From assembly GCF_006345805.1 (NCBI RefSeq), contig NW_021828254.1, forward strand, positions 1 to 8,953: DNA of 8,953 nucleotides, given 5' to 3'. Shown piece after piece: positions 1 through 7,275 of the stretch (its first letter is position 1; each line of letters opens with the position of its first letter). The notes below the pieces were generated by a model. The model was not told the DNA's origin and ran no database searches. It saw nothing but the letters and a program-made list of their open reading frames with translations. This DNA is from Octopus sinensis. Lineage: Eukaryota. The translations under genes and the position numbers were made by a program.

Positions 1-1
1 T

Positions 2-443
2 GCAGATTTAGTGGATTTAAGAAGGTATGCTAGCCTTAATAGCGATAATGGATGGTTATTTCTTTTTGTATAAATTGTAGTTGGTTGTGGTTATAGACTC
101 ATTTTTTAAATTCGCAGTTGCCAGGCGGAAATCAGGGGAGGAAATTTTTATGGTAGGAAATAATTTAATCCCGGAGGAAATAAGATTGGCGTTATTGTCA
201 TTCGATGAAAATGAAGCGGTTGAATCAAGTCAATCGGAGATAATTGGATCTGATTATTTCGAAAACGAGGAAGATTGTTTGAATCAACAAAGTGTGTATG
301 AAAGCCATGTTTTCGCCGGAGAAAAAATGGAAAAAAGGCGGAAATGGAAATTTAATGAAGATTTAGCCGTAGGAGAGAATGTTCTACTGAGGCATGATAT
401 TGATGCAAATCCAAATAATTTTTTATATAATAAAAATTCATGA
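2..443 (+). pseudogene. Degenerate KRBA2/SCAND3-type (Ginger-like) DDE integrase, copy 1, with the central core deleted
   Basis: The frame from nt 2 reads ADLVDLRRYASLNSDNGW (first catalytic Asp motif). The frame from nt 81 reads LVVVIDSFFKFAVARRKSGEEI, then an acidic linker and FNEDLAVGENVLLRHDIDANPNN (typical C-terminal 'VGDxVL..D.D.NP'). The DNG and VER motifs are absent. The fragment runs off the left edge of the window. Confidence 0.75.
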
Positions 444-757
444 ATTTTTAATATTTGTTTTTAAATGGTAGACCTAAAAAACTGTATAATTATAATAAAA
501 ACGTTATTGATTCGGAAAAATTGGTGATGTCGGTTTTTGCCGACTCTTGGAAAAATTCATTCAATCAAAAAATTGATAAAAAATTGAATAAATCGACTTA
601 ATTTCATTATCAAGTTATTTTTAATTAATTATCAGGTTATTTTCGTTTGATTTTAATAAAATTTTTAAGGGGGTATTATCCAACCCAGGGCATTATCCAG
701 CCTGTGACATTTAATTTCTACAAAAAATAATAAGATAAAAAATACCAATAGATTCAT

Positions 758-1063
758 CTTGCAAATCCAATTGTTTCCACTGGAAGATTTGTTCCCACTG
801 GAAGCCATATTTTTCAGTTTTCCTAAATTCGGCAAGGGCAGATACAGATCCAGGACGAGAAGCGGAGTCAACCAACGATGATGAAAAAAATAAGTCTATG
901 CAGTTGCCATTCTCTCCCTGAACGGGAATAAAGTCGACCCGACAGGGCGTTTTCCGTCCCCACGGTCTAGTCCTATCGGTTATGTGAGAACAATATATGC
1001 GTGCCTGGGGATTCTGCCGGCACTGAGGCGAAAAGAGAGAGTGTGTAAACCTCTCCTGTCAAA
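758..1063 (-). pseudogene. CRE-clade non-LTR retrotransposon fragment A (end of Zn knuckle + restriction-like endonuclease)
   Basis: Minus-strand translation across stops and frameshifts: DRRGLHTLSFRLSAGRIPRH / PIGLDRGDGKRPVGSTLFPF / (T)CID / SSLVDSASRPGSVSALAEFRKTEKYG / PVETIG. This matches the CRE pattern H.LSC..SAGR.PRH..GL.R.DGKRPDG.T.FP..WD.TC.D..AE..K..KY..VET.G. Confidence 0.8.
772..804. repeat. 18-bp-period tandem duplication inside CRE fragment A
   Basis: tgtttccactggaag (772-786) and tgttcccactggaag (790-804) match at 14/15 positions. Confidence 0.8.
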
Positions 1064-1162
1064 GTTTATTTTAACCTTAAGAATAAATAATTAAATTTTA
1101 ACATTATCTGATTATTTTTATTCAACAAATAATTTAGTTAGCATTATGTTTATGATATATAT

Positions 1163-1557
1163 GTAGCCTGGCGGATTGTTTCCCCGGATAATGGCGAAAG
1201 GGTCAACAGTGCAGCCACAGCGGCACGTGTGCGGGACACATTGCCTTAGTCCGAGGCGAGAGAGACTCCGATCCTTACCGCTTCATCGTCAAGGAGAGTG
1301 CCAGATGGGGCGTTCGGGAATGCACAAAGCCAAGCTCCGCTAGCCGGGGATGCTGCCGACAGAAGGCAAGCGCGGCGGTGCTGGTTAAACGACTCGAGCA
1401 GCAGATTGAAAGTTTTCTTGCATCTAATTCGGTCCCAGGCTCGTTGAGACATTCGATCTTCCGCAAAGTCAAGACATTGTTCCCTCCAGACTTCGCTGAA
1501 ATGAGCCACATTTGTGTCCAAGGAAAATTCAGAAAAGGAGCGTAGAATTTCCATGAC
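1163..1557 (-). pseudogene. CRE-clade non-LTR retrotransposon fragment B (post-RT linker to Zn knuckle)
   Basis: ORF 1246-1554 reads SQRAWDRI...RACLLSAASPASGAWLCAFP...LLDDEAVRIGVSL. After a 1-nt frameshift near 1255 it continues RLGLRQCVPHTCRCGCTVDPFA, matching CRE 'Q..WD..ARLL..SGAWL.A.P..LRLG..C.CG..VD'. Confidence 0.85.
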
Positions 1558-1590
1558 AAGTGTGTGGTTAGTTACTCTAGAGGGGCCGCA

Positions 1591-1604
1591 TTTGAGAACC
1601 GCTG
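1591..1604. mobile_element. Terminal inverted repeat of a Buster/Charlie/SPIN-type hAT element (element body lies to the left)
   Basis: The reverse complement of 1582-1604 is CAGCGGTTCTCAAATGCGGCCCC, which resembles the Charlie/SPIN terminus CAG(C/T)GGTTCTCAA. The adjacent 8-mer atcTAaca (1605-1612) fits the Buster nnnTAnnn target. No partner TIR was found in the window. Confidence 0.75.
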
Positions 1605-1905
1605 ATCTAACAGATCAAAAATATTGAGGTAAATTGTGTATCTTACTATCTTTGAGCAGAAAATATTTGTTCAAAGAATTTTGTTGATTGTTTTTCACGA
1701 AATTTTTTATTAAACAAAAAAGAAAATCCGGTAGATCTTGCCATCGTTAAGAAGATGAGTTGTCTTTCTGTAAGATGGTCCATTAATTTTTGACGTTGAG
1801 TGTATTTCTCAATTCTGAAGTCGGCGTCATTTTATCACGTTTCAGTAAAATAAATCAGTAAATCTTATTATTGATTTATCAACTACAAAAATAATTAATT
1901 TAATT

Positions 1906-2059
1906 AAGCACTGCAAGTTCTGATACCATATGCAACTACTTTGCTATGCGAATCTAGATTTTCATCTCTACTATATTCCGACATAACTTTGGTAAAAAAT
2001 ATCAAATTTTCTCAAAGGGAATTCACATATGAAAACGGTCTAAAAAATTGTCAAAATAG
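1906..2059 (+). repeat. ~155-bp second copy of the hAT transposase 3' end (also at 4105-4267)
   Basis: aagcactgcaagttctgataccatatgcaac...ggtctaaaaaattgtcaaaatag is shared with 4105-4267, differing by a few substitutions, a 7-nt indel and 1-nt A-run differences. It encodes ALQVLIPYATTLLCESRFSSLLY. Confidence 0.95.
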
Positions 2060-2061
2060 TA

Positions 2062-2392
2062 CATTCATGAGGGTGTGCGGCCGAGAGCAGCCACGCGAGC
2101 CGATGTTAGTCTACCTGTGGTTTCAACTTCTTGAACGAGTTTCACGCCACATACGTGGCCCGCACATTTCAGACGAAAGGGGTAGGTTGGCATCGGTACA
2201 GAAATTCGGTAAAATGTCAGCTGGTAAGTCCAATGAGAGTTCGTTGTAGGAGAGTATAATCTCATTGGCCAGATAAAGGCTGCTACAGATCGGAGAAAAA
2301 TATCCTTGCGAGGCCAGGTCCTTTGGCGAGCGAAGTCCAATACCTCCAAACCTGCCGGGAAGTTTCCCTTTCTCCATCCAATGTCGTCAAAT
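2062..2392 (-). pseudogene. CRE-clade non-LTR retrotransposon fragment C (RT thumb to linker)
   Basis: It reads FDDIGWRK / KLPGRFGGIGLRSPKDLASQGYFS...SLYLANEII / PRMW / ARVAA, matching 'W..A.LP.R.GG.G.R...LA' and 'Q..W...AR'. It contains frameshifts. Confidence 0.8.
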
Positions 2393-2868
2393 TTTCCGTG
2401 AATTTGTTTGATTTTAAAATCAAAACAAATTTTCTTTATTTCCTGATTCTTAAACTCAGATCCATTATCTGACTGGAGAATTTGACATGGGCCGTTTAAA
2501 TAAAATAATGATTTTAAACTTTCCGATACTTCTTTGCCTGACTTATTATAAAGAGGCCTGGGGAAGGCAAATCTATAATGATTCTTTTACCTAACCAACC
2601 TGCTATAGACATCAATGACCGCTAAAATGCATTTAAAATCATGATTAACAGTTTAAAATCTTTTTAAGTCTATAAGATCTATCTGAAACCGTTCATTAGG
2701 ACGGGAAGCAAAAACATGGTGATTTATATCTCCAATCTACAATAAAAATGCTTAACCTTTTAAAGGACGTGAAAATTTATAGACTTGACAATTTCTATTC
2801 CTATTCATTCTTCTATAATATGAAGACTGCAAATTCATCCTTTCAAAATTAAACCGGTACTCATCATC
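2392..2868 (-). pseudogene. Degenerate KRBA2/SCAND3-type (Ginger-like) integrase, copy 3 (Zn-finger remnant + D,D of the DDE core), intron-interrupted
   Basis: Minus strand: RNCQVYKFSRPLK / IGDINHHVFASRPNERFQIDLIDLKRF*TVNHDFKCILAVIDVYSR|FAFPRPLYNKSGKEVSESLKSLFYLNGPCQILQSDNGSEFKNQEIKKICFDFKIKQIHGK. It is truncated just before the PQSQG.VER motif. It is not in the ORF track. Confidence 0.9.
2573..2599 (-). other. Putative 27-nt spliceosomal intron in integrase copy 3
   Basis: GTTGGTTAGGTAAAAGAATCATTATAG has GT..AG ends and an in-frame TAA. Removing it gives VIDVYSR-FAFPRPL, the canonical VID.(F/Y)S(K/R)FA motif. Confidence 0.75.
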
Positions 2869-2899
2869 TTTACTAATAAGTAACAATAAAAAACCTTTA

Positions 2900-3450
2900 T
2901 TATAAATATCGGGATTTTTACAACTTCCAATTCTTCTATATCAAAACTTTTTGGATTTTCCTCAACACCTAATTCAACAACAGTGTTGAATCCAGGAATA
3001 CCACGATATCTTTGGAATGGACTAACGCCTAGAAAATAAAAAATCCAATTTACATGTGGATCAATGAGCTCTCTGATTGTACAAAAACACAGCATTTCAA
3101 ATGTGTTTTATCCGCTCTTTTTTATCATCCGAAGCCGTCAATTTGGATAAAATCCTTGTGATTGTTTGATTAAATCTTTCAACTATCGCCTGACTCTGAC
3201 TTTGTTAGGCATCAGAACAACGTGATTAGTGAAATGATTTATTTAGTTTATAGTATGCCAACAAAAATTGGTGTAGATCTTAAATAAGAGTAAAAACTCA
3301 TAATAATTCAAGAAAGTATTTAACAAATGGGAGTTTAAAATCACTCATGTCAGATGATTTTATGATTTAAAATACAACATTTTCATTAATCGTAAATCTA
3401 CAATACTTTTCATTGTAAAATGCTCGATTTTTTACAAGTCTAGTCTGCCT
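2900..3450 (-). pseudogene. Degenerate KRBA2/SCAND3-type (Ginger-like) integrase, copy 2 (catalytic Glu region + C-terminal linker), intron-interrupted
   Basis: QSQSQAIVERFNQTITRILSK (Glu codon at 3180-3178)...AVFLYNQRAH*ST|CVSPFQRYRGIPGFNTVVELGVEENPKSFDIEELE. Upstream there are weak relics (NEKY, IVDLR near 3390-3415). The 5' boundary is approximate. Confidence 0.8.
3029..3053 (-). other. Putative 25-nt spliceosomal intron in integrase copy 2
   Basis: GTAAATTGGATTTTTTATTTTCTAG has a GTA start, a U-rich body and a TAG end. Its length is not a multiple of 3, and removing it joins the VERFNQT frame to the SPF..RG..GFN frame. Confidence 0.8.
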
Positions 3451-3508
3451 AAAAAAATCTTCCCAAAATATATTTTCCAGTAATCTTTAAAAATTTGATA
3501 CTCAAGTC

Positions 3509-4267
3509 ACAAATACTATTCGAGGAAGAGCTTTGAATCATAGATTGTTCAAAACATTATGTATTGATTATGATGCTGACGCCACTGTTCTTTTGTATCA
3601 TACTGATGTTAGATGGCTTTAAAGAGGTCGTGCCTTAACAAGATTTTATATTCTCAGACTTGAAATCAAGTAATTTCTATTTGAAAAAAACTCTGAACTA
3701 TTTGACTGTTTCAAATCTCCTGATTTTGTTATTTTTGTGGCATATTTGGCTGACATTTTCAATCAACTTAACAAGTTGAATTTTTTAATTCAAGGGAAAG
3801 GCATAAGCATTATTAATGCTTCTGACAATATAAATCCCTTCAGGAATAAACTTTTGTTATGGACTCGCCGTATCCAAGACAATAATTTTGCCATTTTTTC
3901 CATGTTGGATAAAGTTGCTAGTGATTCTGATACCTGGATCGTTAATCCATTTGTTTTCAAAATGGAAAAGATGCATGATAGAAACGAAGTTAAAGACGAT
4001 TTGATTGAATTGCAGCATCAACATAACAGAAAATGTTGTACAACTCAAACTCTTTGGAGGTTTTTTGATGCGGTTTGCAAGAAGTGTTCCCGAAACTTCA
4101 AAGAAAGCACTGCAAGTTCTGATACCATATGCAACAACTTTGCTATGTGAATCTGGATTTTCATCTCTACTATATATTACATTCCGACATAACTTTGGCA
4201 AAAAAATATCAAATTTTCTCAAAGGGAATTCACATATGAAAACGGTCTAAAAAATTGTCAAAAATAG
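3509..4267 (+). pseudogene. Buster/Charlie-type hAT transposase remnant (C-terminal half with dimerisation domain)
   Basis: TNTIRGRALNHRLFKTLC...LLYHTDVRWL*RGRALTRF...AYLADIFNQLNKLNFLIQG...KLLLW...WIVNPF...LIELQ, then a frameshift near 4055, then ALQVLIPYATTLLCESGFSSLLYI. It has two in-frame TAA codons and internal deletions. Confidence 0.92.
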
Positions 4268-4575
4268 AAGTTCATTCAACTGAAAATGATTATAAAGAAT
4301 AATGAAAAGGCGTTCTATTAAACTCAGACTTATCTTTAGGTTTTAAATTATAATTATTTATTTGTTAAATCTTTCAATGTTTTTTTAATTAATTTTTAAA
4401 ATATTAAATGTTAGTAGACATAAAAGGATATTTTTAAAGCGATAATTAATTCATCCAGTATTAAATTTCTTAAATTGTTTATGAACTAAGCAAAATAACC
4501 AAAATTGCTAATTATTTTAAAATATACATTTTTTGTGTCTGTTCTGCAGGCTATTTAAAAAAAAAATTTAAAAAG

Positions 4576-4589
4576 ATGCGATCATATAA
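4576..4589. repeat. Target-site duplication, left copy (LINE 3' side)
   Basis: atgcgatcatataa is identical to 8709-8722, and the bases flanking the two copies differ. Confidence 0.92.
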
Positions 4590-4605
4590 TGAATGAATTT
4601 TTATT
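4590..4605 (-). terminator. LINE 3' end: AATAAA followed by a (TTCA)2 tail
   Basis: The minus strand reads AATAAA-AA-TTCA-TTCA directly before the TSD (AATAAA at 4605-4600, tail at 4597-4590). Confidence 0.65.
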
Positions 4606-4618
4606 AACGGAAAAGCCG

Positions 4619-4681
4619 AAAAAAGAGGGAGAAAGTTAATGAGACAACGTATGCCTCTTCTTCGTTGTTTCCCTCTTTTTT
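4619..4681 (-). promoter_or_regulatory. Bulged inverted repeat / hairpin in the LINE 3' UTR
   Basis: There is a 12-bp perfect outer stem (aaaaaagaggga 4619-4630 / tccctctttttt 4670-4681) and a 6-bp inner stem (acaacg 4644-4649 / cgttgt 4663-4668), with a 12-nt bulge and a 13-nt loop. Function is inferred only. Confidence 0.6.
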
Positions 4682-4687
4682 TTTTTT

Positions 4688-7275
4688 TTAATATTTAATT
4701 CGAGAAGAAAAGGCTCTCTCAAGAACACTTCCAACCGTTTCCGTCGCGTCTTCCATCACTTGAGGGATGGGTTGGTCCAACTGGAGTCCATTTGCCAATT
4801 TGATGGCATATCGCCTCGTCTTTTCGAGCTTAGCGATAATGCCATCCCTTTCAGCAGTAGGATACCATCCCTCGAACCCGTAGGTAAGCAATGGTTCGAC
4901 GCACGTTTTATAAACATATAAAAACGTTTCCGGGGAAAGGTGGAAGTGAATTATGCTCCTGAGAATTTGAGCGCATTTCCTTCTCCTCGAGTCGATGTAT
5001 CTGAAGTAAGAACCCTTGGATCCAACTTCAACCCCAAGGTATTTCAGGTTCTCCGTTACTGTAAACCCATAGAGGTTTCTCGGCGGTTTTCGTTTTGCTC
5101 CCTGTTTTGCAATCCAAGTGGCGGTGCACTTTTCTTTTGCAAGCGTCAGTCCTTTTGATATGCACCATTCTTCCACTCTTGTCACGTATCCTTTTAACTT
5201 CCTCCACGAGATGTCTTTTCTCCACGAAGCATCCGTTATTAATATGTCGTCCGCGTAGATCATGAGACGACTGGTAGGATCTTTCGGTTTTGGAATATCA
5301 GCAACGTAAATATTAAAAAGCAGGGGGCTCAAGACCGAGCCTTGAGGTACCCCTCTTTTGAGATCGACAGATTCCGACAAACGGTTTCCGCATCGTATGT
5401 ATGACCTTCTCATTGATAAATAGCTCTTCAGCCAATTGACCGTTTTAGACCCGGGTTTGCTCTTGGCGACACTTTCCAAGAGGCCCAGGTGCCATACGCT
5501 GTCAAAAGCTTTTGAGACATCGAGGCAGATAGCAATAGTCGCTGTATTATTAGCAAGACTAAGCGAGATGACTTTCTCGAGTTCTCCGAAACAATCACCA
5601 CAGGATCTTTTTCGTCGGAATCCCCACTGCTCTACTGCAAGTGCACCTGATTCCTCTACGAAGTTCGAAAGTCTTGTGAAGACAATCCGTTCCATAATTT
5701 TAGAGACGGAGCATATTAGGCTTATCGGCCTATAGTTCTCTGCATGGTCCTTTATTTTTCCAGGCTTTGGAATCATACGTACGATTGACTTTTTCCAAGA
5801 GTCCGGTACGTATCCAAGTCTCCAGCTTGCATTGTATAGTGCGGTCAAGTATCGTAGGAGAATATTTGGAGCATGTTTGAATACAGAAATTGGAATGTAG
5901 TCATGGCCGGGTGCATTATTCTTGCAGCTCATAATTGCGGCATACGTTTCTTCCAACGTTATGTCTCTGCACAGTGGTCCCGTATGACTCAAATTAGCTC
6001 TTAGACTTCTCTGAGCCTCACATATAACTTCTTTCGGAACCATGTCGATCGGATCCACCTCTTGAACTTTTGCCAGTTGACTTCGCAGATGTGAGGGAAC
6101 TTCATCGAGCGGGATATCTATTCCTTCAGTTGTTTTTAGTCGGATCTCTTCTCCTTTGTTCTCCATATTACTCAGTCTGTTGAAAACCTTCCAAAAATGA
6201 GGGTTTTTCTTATTCAGTTTCGAGCATTGACTCTTCCAAGCAAGGTCTGAATGTTTTTTTGCGACATCATTTATCTCTATTTTCACGGTACGAATCTTAT
6301 CCCGAAGACGAATACGATCTATGGGGTCACTGCATCGTCTTAGCTTCTTTTCAAGGTTTCCCTTCCATTTTATAAGTTTTCCCAAAGATTCGTCAATCCG
6401 GGTTTTTCTGTTAGTATTTGACATGATGTATTTCCTGATTGAAGATTTTCGGAGAAAGTCCAGTATAGCTTCTCTGAGAATTTTATCAAGTTTTTCAATT
6501 TGTATATTCGAAGAGATGTTTTGTATTGGATACGGTGTCAAATGCTTTTTCATTGATACCTCAAGGTCCGACCAGATTGTCCGAGACGTATCGTATCCGA
6601 TAAACAGATCTTCGCATATCGTAGATGATGTTCGCATACACAAGGATTGAGGTAGGTGATCACTACCAATGTTTATCTCAATCCTTGGTATGCTGCATTG
6701 ATGAACAAGATCTGCCGATACGAGGAAAACTCCAATACAATCCTCTCCATAACAAGAGAGTGGTTTGGTTCTCGTGAGGTCAAAACACTAAAACCGCAGT
6801 TCTCCGATAATCTGAGGAGTATATTACCGTCCGAATTTGTGTTGGCACATCCGTACGATGTGTGTTTTGCGTTAAGGTCTCCTATTAGAATTCCTCTATC
6901 ATTGTTCTGGAAAAATTCTTCAATAAGATTTTGATAATTCTTCATTGCTTTGGAGTACATAGCTCCGACAGATATCCATCCAAGGGATGTTAGTAGTTTC
7001 AATGTAATCAGTTCGCACAAATTTTGTTCGACGATTTTCAAGTCCCTCACCATCAGATTGTCTTTATAATATATGGATGTCCCAGTGCCAGCCACTGCGT
7101 CAGGTCGCCATGGGATATCAATCGACTGAAAACCATGGATTTTATGATGCTGATTTCCCTTAAGCTTCGTTTCATTAACAACCAATATGTCCATGTTTAC
7201 CGAGCTAACCAAGTAGGTTAGCTCCGTAGCCCGTTTCCGAATTGACCGGGCGTTGATAAGCGTAAAAACGCTCAT
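4688..7275 (-). pseudogene. ORF2: APE endonuclease + reverse transcriptase (~860 aa), one frameshift at ~6755-6762
   Basis: EN motifs: INARSI, VVNETKL, IGDLNAKH, IGSDH (the last lies in the downstream frame). RT motifs: PGHDYI, NYRPISL, QWGFR, LDVSKAFDSVWH, GVPQGSVLSPLLFNIY, YADD, KYLGV. The track ORFs 6673-7275 and 4688-6643 are the two halves. Confidence 0.93.

Noticed and set aside
900-1045. GC-rich island with a GTGCC/GGCAC stem and GGCGAA, resembling an HDV-like ribozyme
   Set aside because: No consistent P1/P2/P1.1 pairing could be built, and the segment is fully explained as antisense CRE endonuclease coding sequence.
1180-1206. ccccggataatggcgaaagggtc resembles the HDV ribozyme 3' end
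   Set aside because: It is the reverse complement of CRE codons VDPFAI, and there is no upstream P2 partner.
1660-1860. Minus-strand HLLNDGKIYR, faintly FLYWCH/MULE-like
   Set aside because: It is too short, and no downstream W.C or H motif was found.
2401-2431. Near-perfect 31-bp AT-rich palindrome
   Set aside because: It lies within integrase codons KICFDFKIKQI and is low-complexity, so it is probably coincidental.
2873-2894. 22-nt GT..AG segment on the minus strand between integrase copies 2 and 3
   Set aside because: Removing it restores no recognisable reading frame or motif.
2900-4267. Adjacent KRBA2-like integrase and Buster transposase suggesting a SCAND3/ZBED9-like fusion gene
   Set aside because: They are on opposite strands and both are decayed. 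They are separate TE relics, although automated annotation may label both as SCAND3-like.
4530-4550. Strong-looking splice acceptor (ttttttgtgtctgttctgcag|G) suggesting the LINE hit a host exon
   Set aside because: The downstream sequence has stops in all frames and matches the CRE endonuclease; no host exon is supported.
4676-4689. A14 run taken as the LINE poly(A) tail
   Set aside because: The TSD lies ~85 nt further on, so the run is internal to the 3' UTR.
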